Source: an uncultured delta proteobacterium (GTDB lineage Bacteria > Desulfobacterota > Binatia > Binatales > Binataceae). From it: a DNA stretch of 64,000 nt. A model generated the notes under the pieces. The model saw only the letters and a list, made by a program, of their open reading frames with translations. It ran no database searches and was not told the DNA's origin. The translations under genes were made by a program, and so were the position numbers. Where the stretch lies: positions 3,263 to 67,262 of the forward strand of contig CAVZDJ010000036.1 of NCBI GenBank assembly GCA_963773975.1, given 5' to 3'. Shown here piece by piece: positions 26,457-35,997 of this stretch (position 1 is its first letter; each line of letters starts with the position of its first letter).

Positions 26457-26918
26457 ATGCGCAAACGATTCGCATGGACGCTCGCCCTAGCCATCGGATT
26501 TACGCTCGCGCCGTGTATCGCTCGCTCGCAACCTACGGCTCAGCCGGACGAAATCCGCATCGTCGTGAACGGCGTGCGCAATCAGAAGGGCTCGGTGATT
26601 TGCTCGCTATGGTCGAGCGCGAATTCTGCGGAATTTACCACCGTCGGCACGGAGTTCCGCAAAATTTCGGTGCCGATAGAAGGCAGCAAGGGCGTGTGCG
26701 AGTTCAAGGGGCTGCCGGCCGGCCCCTACGCCGCTACCGTGTTTCATGACGAAAACGGCAACGGCAAATTCGACCGCAGGTTCGGTTACCCGCTCGAGGG
26801 TTACGGATTCACCAACAACGTATATCCGACGCTCAGGGCGCCGTCATTCGATCAGTGCGAGGTTCAGTACGCGGGCAAGGGCGTGCTCGCACTTTCGATC
26901 AACATGATCTATCGGTAG
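26457..26918 (+). CDS. DUF2141-family secreted protein
   Basis: MRKRFAWTLALAIGFTLAPCIARSQP is a signal peptide. …VFHDENGNGKFDRRFGYPLEGYGFTNN… is the DUF2141 hallmark. The start at 26457 has AGGAGG upstream. Confidence 0.8.
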   Translation: MRKRFAWTLALAIGFTLAPCIARSQPTAQPDEIRIVVNGVRNQKGSVICSLWSSANSAEFTTVGTEFRKISVPIEGSKGVCEFKGLPAGPYAATVFHDENGNGKFDRRFGYPLEGYGFTNNVYPTLRAPSFDQCEVQYAGKGVLALSINMIYR

Positions 26919-27150
26919 TTGAGCAAGGGATCAGCGCACTGCGCGAGTTTCCGCGCCGTACCGGTGTCGCCGGCTGGATGCCGCGTCATCCGTATCCCGT
27001 GGCGCGGACGCAGTGTGACCAGCGGATGGAGTTCTACCGGATGCCCGGACACCAGGCGCAGCCGATAGCGCTGAGCCATCGTCGCCACGACCAGTTGCGC
27101 CTCGGTCATCGCGAAAGCGTTGCCGATACAGCACAGCGCATGCGTATTTC
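26909..27150 (-). pseudogene. Cytochrome P450 C-terminal remnant (a second, unrelated copy)
   Basis: …CIGNAFAMTEAQLVVATMAQRYRLRLVSGHPVELHPLVTLRPRHGIRMT is a P450 Cys-ligand loop plus L-helix and C-terminus. The upstream part is broken across frames. Confidence 0.55.
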
Positions 27151-27524
27151 GCCTACGCTGCGTTGGCCCGATCTAAAGCTAGTCCTTAAAGTCGCGCGGT
27201 GGTCGCTGGACGGACTCACGACCGGGCAGGCGGCTGCGAAGCTGGCAGGTGGAGTTCCGCCGGCAGGCGCTGCACCCGGTAGCGAAGAAGAACATCGCAT
27301 CCGCATCGACGAAGAAGGTCGCGTCCGCGAAAGCGAATGTATTCGTCGTGGTTTGCCGTACTCGGAATTGTATTGGCCGCGGCGCATCCTGACAACGAGG
27401 GTAGATATGTTCACTGGTTGAGTATCAACAACACGGCGCGCTGACCTAAAACTCGAAAGGCGAGCCACGGGGGATTTTGTGCCAGCTGGCTAACTAGAGA
27501 AGTTGGGATGGGAGGGACCCGGGA

Positions 27525-27572
27525 ATGGCAAAGCGGAGATACACGGCGGAGGAGATCGTGACGGTGCTGCGG
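27525..27572 (+). pseudogene. Possible IS3-family OrfA N-terminal remnant
   Basis: MAKRRYTAEEIVTVLR resembles the conserved start of IS3-family Transposase_8 proteins. Similarity is lost after about 16 codons. Confidence 0.3.
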
Positions 27573-27690
27573 CCGCTGATCAACCGCTTAACTTTGCGGC
27601 ACCCCTTCTGTGCCGACGCGCTGCTCGTATTCCGACGTCCCGCCCAGCTTGCACCACTCAGATCTAGTGACAAATCGGCTGGTGGGCGGT

Positions 27691-28755
27691 TCAGCCTTTG
27701 CCGATCACATACTTAGCAAAATCGGCGATCACCTTCGGCGCTCCTGTGCGGGTGCCGCCATGCACCGCGATCTGCTTTACGCCCATGCGGCGCAGCGCTT
27801 TTACCCTCTTCGCTAGTTCCTCGGGGGTTCCGGTTAGGGTTGTCTCTTTGAGGATCTTCTCATTGACCAACGGGGCGTGCTCTTGTTTGAACTCATGCAC
27901 GTAGCCTGAATAGAGATCGAGATGGCGCGTTTCGATCGGAGCATCTGGAGTGCGATATGCGTCGCGGAACCTCATCATGTCGTCGCGTATGTCAGCGGGG
28001 AGATCATTCGGATCCTTCACCGACAGGGCAAAGATGTTGCACTCGGAGGTGACGTAGGAGCCGACTGCTTGCTGCATCTCGGCGAGGTTTTCGCCCGGCT
28101 TCGCCACATGGAAAGCGGTCAGCACGCATATGTACAGATCCTGGAAGCGCTTGCCTGCGCGCTCGGCACCGCGCCGGACGTGACTCAGGGCGTACTCCAA
28201 TAGGCTATCCCCAACGGCGCCGAACAGGATCACGCCGTCGCCTATTTCCCCTGCCAGCTCCAGCGTCCTGGGTCCACTTGCGGCGACATAGATAGGCACC
28301 TTTTTCTTGAGGTTGATCCATCCGCCGGTCGGATTGAGGAAGCGAATCATCCGTCGCCGGCCGTCCTCCTCGTAAGGTACCGTCTGCCCGCCGAGCAATC
28401 CCCGACAGATCTCCACATGTTCGCGCAGCTCCGAGAGTTTAGCCGCCGGCATTCCCAGCGTTCGTCGCGCCGTATTGCCGGTGCCGATACCCATGATCGC
28501 CCTTCCCGGAGCGAGCAGGTTCAGAGTCGCGAAATTGTTGGCGGTCACCGGCGCGATTCGCGAGAGCGGGTTGGTCACGTTGGTGCCAAGTTTGATCCTG
28601 TTGGTCTTGGTCGCGCACAGCGCCAGGCACTGAAACACGTCTGCGCAGATCATCTGCGTGTCGTACAGCCAGGCGTGGGTGAAACCCTTTCTCTCGGCCA
28701 GCACGACGTCCTTGTAAATGTCCGTCGCGGAAAGAAACGCGAAGCCGTAGTCCAT
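27691..28755 (-). CDS. LLM-class (luciferase-like) flavin/F420-dependent oxidoreductase
   Basis: MDYGFAFLSATDIYKDVVLAERKGFTHAWLYDTQ… and …MGIGTGNTARRTLGM… are typical of the class. The start at 28755 has GGGAGG upstream. The track start at 28926 is longer. Confidence 0.85.
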   Translation of the reverse strand: MDYGFAFLSATDIYKDVVLAERKGFTHAWLYDTQMICADVFQCLALCATKTNRIKLGTNVTNPLSRIAPVTANNFATLNLLAPGRAIMGIGTGNTARRTLGMPAAKLSELREHVEICRGLLGGQTVPYEEDGRRRMIRFLNPTGGWINLKKKVPIYVAASGPRTLELAGEIGDGVILFGAVGDSLLEYALSHVRRGAERAGKRFQDLYICVLTAFHVAKPGENLAEMQQAVGSYVTSECNIFALSVKDPNDLPADIRDDMMRFRDAYRTPDAPIETRHLDLYSGYVHEFKQEHAPLVNEKILKETTLTGTPEELAKRVKALRRMGVKQIAVHGGTRTGAPKVIADFAKYVIGKG

Positions 28756-29194
28756 CTCTGCCTCCCTGCCGGGTGCTCTGTTCCGGAGGATCCATTTTGG
28801 GCCCCAACTCTCACTGGCGTTTAGTACAGAACAACCTGCTTTCGCAAATGGCCCAGCCTGAATCGTGAACATAGCTGGCTGGAGATAGCCAGCTACACGA
28901 CCGCGGGCATCGACGCAGACTTTCACCGACGTGCCGCGCGCGCGTAGAGCACCTGGTGATCAATCCGCGGTTCCGCGATTGGGCGAGGCGCGGATTGCTA
29001 TGATCGCGTGATCGAAGGATCGGCCCTCGGTATGAAGTGCGCCCTTGCGGAAGGAATTGCGGTAAGTCCCTCTATATCTTAGATTGCTTTACTCGCGTAG
29101 ATAGGAGGCTTGCAGGCCTCTTTGATCAGCATGGCTTCGATTTCGACCGAGAAATAGCTGACTAGCGTGATTTTGGGTGAGGACCCGCTTAGAT

Positions 29195-31096
29195 TCAAGG
29201 AATGAAATTCTTGAGAGCGTTAATCGGGTTCGGAATCGATGGAATTGCCGATCCCGCCGACGGTTTGCCGACCAACGATCCCACCGCGTTCACTCCGCGG
29301 CGGACTATGTTGCCGGGCGTGTTGATCGTACCCATCGCCAGGCGCTCCGCCAATGTCGGCACGTCCGGCAGCACGATCACCGCGGGCAGTTTCCCGGTCA
29401 CGTAAACCGGGATCGCAACCTGCAGCCCGAGCGTGAGCCGGATGTCGGAGTTCATGCTGATGTTGTTGTCCATGTCGAACCAGCCGTCGCCGGTGATCGC
29501 GTAATCTGGTGACTGCACAAACAGGTCATGCGTCGTGAACCGCGGCCCCACCTGCTGAAAGCTCATGCGGGCTGATTGCAGCTCGGTGTCGGGATCGACC
29601 AACAACCCATGATGACTCGACATGAATGCCACGGTCATGATCTGGCTGACTCCCGGCGCCTTGCCGACTGCGTTGAGCGCGTCGGCCACTATATTGACCC
29701 CCGCCAGCTTGCCGTTCGCGATTGACACTCGTCCGCTGCCGCGCAACGTCTGCCTGATTCTAAGCCAGCTCGCGAAGCTGCCCGTCGCCACAACGTTGCC
29801 GGTAAGGAGGCCGTGCACGGCGCTGGCCGTGCCGACATTTTGCGAGCGCAGCGCTTGTTCCAGGTTCAGATTCTGCATGGCGAGCGTGACGTTGAATGTC
29901 GGCGTGGCGCCGAAAACCGCATCTGCATCGGCCCGTAGCGAGCCGCCGAACACGCCAACGTTGAGCGGACGCGCCGACGCGCGGCCGTTCAAGTATGCCG
30001 CTGTCAGATCGAGATTGTTGTACGAAACATTTTCGAGCGACTCGTCCGACGATTGGATCGCCGCGCTGATTCGCGGCGAAGTTATCTCGCCATCCGCAGT
30101 GCCTTTGACCACGAGCACGTTGACAACGTCGCTCGGCGGGCGGCCCGCGAATATCTGCGCGAGCTTCACCGAGTCGGCCTTCAGCGTATAGCTTGCCTTC
30201 AGCGGACTTAACGATTCGACGCGTCAATCGAGATTCGCGTGCGCCGAACCGAACGTGAAACTGGTCGGCTCGACAACTTCGATCCCGTCGGTGAGACGAA
30301 TCCTGCCGCTTAGCTCGCTGATTCCGCCCTGCACCGACGGCCCCAACTTCATCGCAACCTGTTTCAGCGTCACGGTTCCATCCATTGCCGGCGGATTGCT
30401 ACCCAGTTTGACCGTGCCGTGAACTTCACTCATGCCCGCGACGTCGTATCCGGCCGCCGCATTTATCATCGGGCTCAGCTTGGCAAGGTTGAAGCTGTTC
30501 GAATCGATTTGCACGCTCAGGGGTTGCGCGCCACCACCCGAAAACCGGCTAGCCGTCAACTCGAGATCGGACAGCTTCAGGCTCACTCTCGCTATCTCGA
30601 GCTGATCACCCCAGATGCCGTTCGCATTCACCGTCATCGCGGTCCCGGCCGGCTTGTTGAAAATTGCCGAGTAAGCGACCCGGTTCGCGGTCAGATCGGT
30701 GTTGAGCACAATCGCGAGCTTGCCGAACGAGCCGCGTGCCGTCCCGCTCACAGACGCGGCGTCGGGAATCGAAAGCCCCGGCGGTAGCTTCGATCCCACG
30801 TCAGCAAGCGGCCGGAGACGGTCGAGCACGATCGAATCGAGCTTCAAGTTCAGATCGACGGGTATCGCCGATGCGTCCAGCACGCCTTGATTGAGCAGCG
30901 GACCGAGCTTGCCCGACGCCTCGATGTTCTGCTCATCGCCCGGAAAAGCAAACTTGGTCTCGACGTCGAACACCGACGCTGCGTTGAAGTCTGTTGCGCC
31001 GAAATCCAGGTGATGGGCGCGAATTGGCGCCGCCTTTTCGCTGAGATCGTTGAAGTAGATCTCGCCGTCCTCGATGCTGAGTGCCTTTATTGACAA
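29195..31096 (-). pseudogene. AsmA-family protein, 5'-truncated and interrupted by an in-frame TGA
   Basis: Track ORFs 30224-31096 and 29195-30169 are in the same frame, separated by a TGA at 30224-30226 (…SAHANLD*RVESLSPLKASYTLKADSVKLAQIF…). The repetitive beta-rich sequence ends in the AsmA_2-like …DIRLTLGLQVAIPVYVTGKLPAVIVLPD…. The N-terminal membrane anchor and the first 130 or so residues are absent. The truncation point abuts repeat copy 5. Confidence 0.7.
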
Positions 31097-31144
31097 TTCG
31101 GCGAGCGGATTTCGAGCGATTCTCCGAGAAGTACAAAAACTGAT

Positions 31145-31187
31145 GGACTGGATGGTGGAGGGAAGTGGATTCGAACTGTCGGTACCG
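31145..31187 (-). repeat. tRNA-3'-end-like dispersed repeat, copy 5
   Basis: The reverse complement reads CCGGTACCGACAGTTCGAATCCACTTCCCTCCACCATCCAGTC. The GTTCGAATCCACTTCCCTCCACCA part looks like a tRNA 3' end, but the 5' T-stem strand (GACAG) cannot pair with CCACT and no 5' half exists. Confidence 0.8.
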
Positions 31188-31295
31188 GTCTTGGAACACT
31201 CCGACGTCAGGCTTCAGTAGAATTTCACAACATCCTGGCGAGCGCCCGGCGAGCGTGCGTAGCAAACGGATGTTACAACTTTTTGTTCGCAACGG

Positions 31296-31625
31296 CTACG
31301 CAGCCGCCCAGTCGGGATGAATTCCTAGGCGGGACAAAATAGTCATGACCCGCGGAGGCTCGCCGAGATCGCTCCATTCTATGCCGTGAACCGGAAGCAC
31401 GCCTAGATTAGTCGGATAGCGCTCCAGCACTTCATCCGAAAAACTAGCCGTTGGGGTGCGCTCGTACAGTCTTTCGATGCCGCCTGGTTCCCGCGCGGTG
31501 CCCAGCAGATCGTAAATCTTCGAGAACGAAACGAACAGGTCGGGCAATGCCACCAGTGTCAGGCTTATCAGCGTGGAGACCCGCGCCACCATTACGAAGG
31601 TGTTCCACATACAACCGGCACGCAA
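31296..31625 (-). pseudogene. Sugar-phosphate nucleotidyltransferase (mannose-1-phosphate guanylyltransferase-like), C-terminal fragment
   Basis: …MWNTFVMVARVSTLISL… (compare WNSGMFVF) and …GVLPVHGIEWSDLGEPPRV… support the call. The upstream catalytic portion is not recoverable in any single frame. Confidence 0.4.
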
Positions 31626-31865
31626 TAGTTCGCCCGCGACGTCGCAGAGCGGCCGCTCGGCATGTCTGCGAGCACTCCGGCGTCTCCCGCTTTAGCTTGG
31701 CGCCACTGCTATCCGTCCTTATTAGCTCGATAAAAACCTCTCGAGCGCGAGGCACCTCGGCTTTCAGCGGGATCAGAATGTTGCGCGGTAACGCCTCCGG
31801 CTACGATCTCCCGCTAGAACTACGCTTCGCCTGAGCGCGCGAGATTGCCAAGTGCGAGCACCATG

Positions 31866-32391
31866 TCAGCCTGATGAGTCACCCGACTTCGCACTCGGCC
31901 TGCGGCGGAAGCAGCCGACAATGTGGTCGTTCACGAGGCCGACGGACTGCATGAACGCGTAGCAGATCTTTGGGCCCACGAAGCGGAAGCCGCGTCTGAT
32001 CAGGTCCTTGCTGAGAGCGCGCGACCGAGGCGTCTCCGCCGGCAGGTCCCGGAGAGAGCGCGGCGCGTTCACAATCGGGTGGCCGTCGACAAATCTCCAG
32101 AGGTAGCGGTCGAAGGTCCCGAACTCGCGCTGCACTGCGAGGAAAGGCGCGCGCGTTCTGGATAACGGCCTCGATCTTCGCGCGGTTGCGAACGATGCCG
32201 GGGTCGGCGATGAGACGCCGTACATCTCGGGCCGTGAAGTGTGCGATGGCCGTTGGATCGAAGCGAGCAAAGACCCGGCGATAGTTCTCGCGCTTGGCCA
32301 AGATCGTCGACCAGCTAGCGGAGACGCCGTGCTCGCCGCTCAAATACGAGTCCCCGAGGACAGTCTCTTTGGCTCTCCTGCGGCATGCCAC
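31866..32391 (-). pseudogene. tag: DNA-3-methyladenine glycosylase I (Tag), frameshifted
   Basis: The N-terminal part is in the frame of ORF 31879-32391 (…WSTILAKRENYRRVFARFDPTAIAHFTARDVRRLIADPGIVRNRAKIEAVIQNARAF). The C-terminal part is in the frame of ORF 31866-32270 (…FDRYLWRFVDGHPIVN…LSKDLIRRGFRFVGPKICYAFMQSVGLVNDHIVGCF). The junction is at about 32140-32150. Confidence 0.65.
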
Positions 32392-32572
32392 TTCGTGATC
32401 GGACCGGACCGCGGGCCGCGGATTCGATCAGCTGCGAATCAGGCTGCCAGCCGTTCGTAACGATGGTGAAGGCCACCGACCTCCTCGATGGCGATCACCT
32501 TGGCCCGATTCTCCGATTGGACGGGGCGAGGGTCGGGACAATCCTTCCGCAAGGAAAGATGGGTCCGCGACA

Positions 32573-33707
32573 TTGCTTAAGCAATTCGGATGGGGCCGCG
32601 CGCAGCTCTCTATGCTGCAGGGGTCGCTCGCGATCTCGGCGGGAATTTCAGCACCGCTGGTTGGCTGGCTACTCGACAAGGTCGAGGCGCGAATCGTGAT
32701 GGTGGTTGGCGCGGTGCTCGCGGGCGCCGCCTATCTTCTCGCGAGCCAGGTGCATTCGTTCACTCCGATGCTCGGCGCCTATCTGCTTTTGGGCGTCGGA
32801 ATTGGCGCAGCCACGCTGCTGCAGGCCGCACTGGTGGTGTCGAACTGGTTCGGTGCGAATCGGGGACTGGCGTTGGGCTTGACGAGTTCGGGCATTTCGC
32901 TGGGCGGCGCGGGGATGACTTTGGTGGCCAACGCCGCGATCGCACGCTACGGATGGCGCGGTGGCTACATAGCGCTCGCGATCCCGATGGTCGTGGTCGC
33001 CATTCCGATCATCGTCCTGATGGTCCGAAGCCGGCCGCCGCAGGTCGGCGGGCGAACCACTATGCCCGGTGCGGCGCCAGCGCTCGACGTGCCGGGGTTT
33101 GAGCTGGCAGAGGCGGCGCACACGCGATCATTTTGGATGATTTGCGCCGCTCAATTTTTGTTCGCATACGTATCGGCCAGTGTCGCACTGCATCTCATCA
33201 CTTACCTGATCGGAATCGGCTACACGGCTGGATTCGCCGCGAAGATGATGAGCCTTGTGCTGATGATCGCGGGGCTGGGCAAGCTGCTGATGGGAGTCTT
33301 AGCGGACCGCGTCAGCGCGGCGCGCGCTTGCGTTCAACTTCCTCGCGGCGGCTGTGGGAATCATCCTGATGTTCGGCGCCGCGCGCGCCGTCCTGCTGGT
33401 TCCATTTGTGATCATCTTCGGGCTCACGATCGGCGCGCCGCTGGTGCTGCTGCCGATGCTGATAGCGGAGTCGCTCGGGCTGAAGCGCTTTGGCTCGATC
33501 GCGGGAATGAGCGGAGTGTGCCAGACGATCGGCGCCGCGCTCGGTCCGATCGGTACGGGCCGTATCTACGACCTGATGGGTTCGTATAGCTACGCGTTGG
33601 ATTTGTTCGTGATCGCGTGCATTCTGGGCGCGCTCGCGACGCTAGGCTGCCTTTCGCTGGAGTCCGAGCAATCGCGCCTGATGCCGGTTGCGGTAACCGC
33701 GGCTTAG
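32573..33707 (+). pseudogene. MFS transporter, frameshifted and lacking its first helix
   Basis: ORF 32573-33589 carries typical MFS helices up to …LGKLLMGVLADRVSA. The continuation (…FNFLAAAVGIILMFGAARAVLLVPFVIIFGLTIGAPLVLLPMLIAESLG…) is in the frame of ORF 33354-33707. The shift is at about 33320-33330, inside a GC-repeat. Confidence 0.7.
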
Positions 33708-34156
33708 CCGCTCACCACTCGGCCACGGCGGCCTCCTTGCGCGTGCAAACTGTCCCAACTGTTTATTGAAAAGAAAAATCCTGGCTCGATTCAATTGACG
33801 GGCGCTGGCTAAGTTTTGACCGAACTCATGCCGAGGGCTAGGTATTTGCCATGTGCTCAGTGGTTCGCGCTTGCTTTGTAAGAAGTGAGGGTTGCTAGCG
33901 TTCCGCTTGCAAAACAGGTAATCGGTGAACGGAACGTGACCGCGCCCTGCTCTGACGTCAAACCCGTGATTTTCCGGAGTACCATACCAATGGGGTGTCC
34001 ACGCGGCGCGGTGGGCGTTGGCACGCCCCGACCGTATTCAGCAGCCGCGGAGCGAGCTTCGCGTAGGCCACTTCTCCCCGCTCGTCCAGTCGCAGACATA
34101 TCTGGTTACCAAAGCTGCACTGGTGGGCCTACGCAATAACTTTTGGGAGGAGACCT

Positions 34157-35812
34157 GTGAAGATGTCCACGCAATTTCGGCAAATCCGTCGACCAAGAGG
34201 AGGGCGGGGTTCGGGGCCGTCGAATGCGAGTGCGTTCGCGGGAGCATTGTTTGTTGCCATTGCCCTTGGCGCTGCGCCGGCTGCTGCTGCGACGACGGCG
34301 TGTGCGAATTTGACGACGCTGTCTATCGCGAACACCACGGTCACGAGCGCCACTCTCGTGGCCGCCTCCGGAGGGACGCCGGCATATTGTGACGTCCTCG
34401 CTACCTACGCGCCTGAGACCGATATGGAGATCCAACTACCCGTCAGTTGGAGGGGGCGGTATCTGCACCTTGGCGGTGCCGGCTTTGACGGCACCATAGC
34501 GACCACTGCGCCAGCCTCGTTCAACGTCAACTTGATCGCAGATCAATTTGTCGTCGCGGGCTCCAACGGCGGTCATCGTGCAATACAATACCCAGGGGTG
34601 TCGTTCGCCAGCGACCCAACGCTCGTATTGGGCTATGCGCACACCGCGATGAGCCAGACCGATACGGTTGCCTATGCGCTCATGAATGCATACTACGGTC
34701 ATGGTCCCCGATACCGATATTTCGACGGATGCTCCAATGGCGGGAAGAACGCGTCGATCGCCGCTTCGCTCCTCGGCAACGATTATGACGGGGTTATCGG
34801 CGGGGACGGCGTGTACGGGCATGCCGACGACCACACCGGCGGTTCTGATATGCCGGGCTTGACCGCAGCGTGGGCACGGGCGACTCAGGTCGGCACCGCA
34901 GATTTGAATCCGGCGACGTTGGGTCCAAAGTTGACGGCGCTATACAATGCTGAGGTAGCGCAGTGTGACGCCCTGGACGGCCTTACCGACGGCATCATAT
35001 CAAATCCTTCGGCTTGTCATTTCAACCCTGCTTCGCTTCAGTGTCCGAGCGGAACCAACAACAATTCGTGCCTGACGCCGACGGAAGTCCAAGCCGTTCG
35101 AACAGTGATGAGAAACCTGGTCCTCAACGGAAGGGTCATCGGAGCGCCTTACGGTCTCGGAAACCTAGCGGTCGCTAACAGCACGTTGGGTCTGCCGGGC
35201 GCCTTCGGAGGGGGCGCTTTTGGCCTCGGACAAGGCTTTCTTGCTCTGGCTTACGGGAATCCAAGCTACAGTCTTCTCTCGAGCTGGAACCTCAAACAAG
35301 ATTTCGGCTTCATCGTGAACCAGTTTGATAACGTCGACGACATGGTCGGTCCCCTCGGAGGATCGACAGGTATCGCCCACTTCGTCGAAAAAGGCGGAAA
35401 GCTCATAATTTGGAACGGCGGTGAAGACACACTCATACCCGCGGCCGACTCGGTTCGCTTCGTCGCCCATTTGTTCTTCGATCTCGAAGTCTCTTTCCCT
35501 TTCGACCAAAGCACGAACAATGTGCGCTATTATTCACTGCCGGGTGTAGGGCATTGTGGTGGCGGTCCGGGAGCCGATTCGATTGATCTACTGACGCCGT
35601 TGACTGAATGGGTCGAGCATAATATTGCGCCCGATACTCTGACGGCGTCAAAAGTCGTAGACAATGCGGTGACGTTCACGCGACCAATGTGTGTTTATCC
35701 GCAGTATCCTGTGTACAATGGGGTGGGCGACACCAATAATGCGGCGAGTTTCCACTGCGAAACGCCCATCGGGATGCCAAACCCGTGGTGGTTCAGCGCA
35801 CTTATCCCCTAG
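34157..35812 (+). CDS. Tannase/feruloyl-esterase-family alpha/beta hydrolase, secreted
   Basis: There is a signal-like N-terminus. …YFDGCSNGGKNA… is the GxSxG-type nucleophile elbow of the family. …AQCDALDGLTDGIISNPSACHFNPASLQC… is the conserved disulfide lid. ATG 34163 is an alternative start. Confidence 0.85.
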   Translation: MKMSTQFRQIRRPRGGRGSGPSNASAFAGALFVAIALGAAPAAAATTACANLTTLSIANTTVTSATLVAASGGTPAYCDVLATYAPETDMEIQLPVSWRGRYLHLGGAGFDGTIATTAPASFNVNLIADQFVVAGSNGGHRAIQYPGVSFASDPTLVLGYAHTAMSQTDTVAYALMNAYYGHGPRYRYFDGCSNGGKNASIAASLLGNDYDGVIGGDGVYGHADDHTGGSDMPGLTAAWARATQVGTADLNPATLGPKLTALYNAEVAQCDALDGLTDGIISNPSACHFNPASLQCPSGTNNNSCLTPTEVQAVRTVMRNLVLNGRVIGAPYGLGNLAVANSTLGLPGAFGGGAFGLGQGFLALAYGNPSYSLLSSWNLKQDFGFIVNQFDNVDDMVGPLGGSTGIAHFVEKGGKLIIWNGGEDTLIPAADSVRFVAHLFFDLEVSFPFDQSTNNVRYYSLPGVGHCGGGPGADSIDLLTPLTEWVEHNIAPDTLTASKVVDNAVTFTRPMCVYPQYPVYNGVGDTNNAASFHCETPIGMPNPWWFSALIP

Positions 35813-35997
35813 GCCGTCGGGAAAAGCCGCAAGACCGTGCAGAAGCGGAACCCGGGGCGCTCAGCATGATGAGTTAATCGCTCGAATTCAAATAGATGGC
35901 TCGCATTCTTTGATCGGGTCCATTAGTTTCCTCTTGTCAGCGCTTGGCCTCGCGCAGGCGCGCCGCAGTTTGAACGGCGCATGGTCCCCCGCTCAGG

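Noticed and set aside
19832-27150. Two P450 C-terminal remnants (19832-20011 and 26909-27150), considered as the two halves of one gene split by insertion of the giant-gene island.
   Set aside because: - Both fragments correspond to the same C-terminal region of a P450, and their sequences are unrelated.
- They cannot be complementary halves of a single disrupted gene.
30224-30226. TGA in the AsmA-like gene, considered as selenocysteine or programmed readthrough.
   Set aside because: - No SECIS-like hairpin lies immediately downstream, and there is no selenoprotein precedent for this family.
- The gene is also 5'-truncated, and the region is full of other lesions.
31145-31230. Apparent tRNA gene on the minus strand, because TGGTGGAGGGAAGTGGATTCGAAC looks like the end of a tRNA.
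   Set aside because: - The five bases preceding the T-loop (GACAG) cannot pair with the 3' T-stem (CCACT).
- No acceptor 5' strand (GGAGGGA), D arm or anticodon arm exists in the upstream 90 nt.
- The sequence is one member of a repeat family with conserved non-tRNA flanks.
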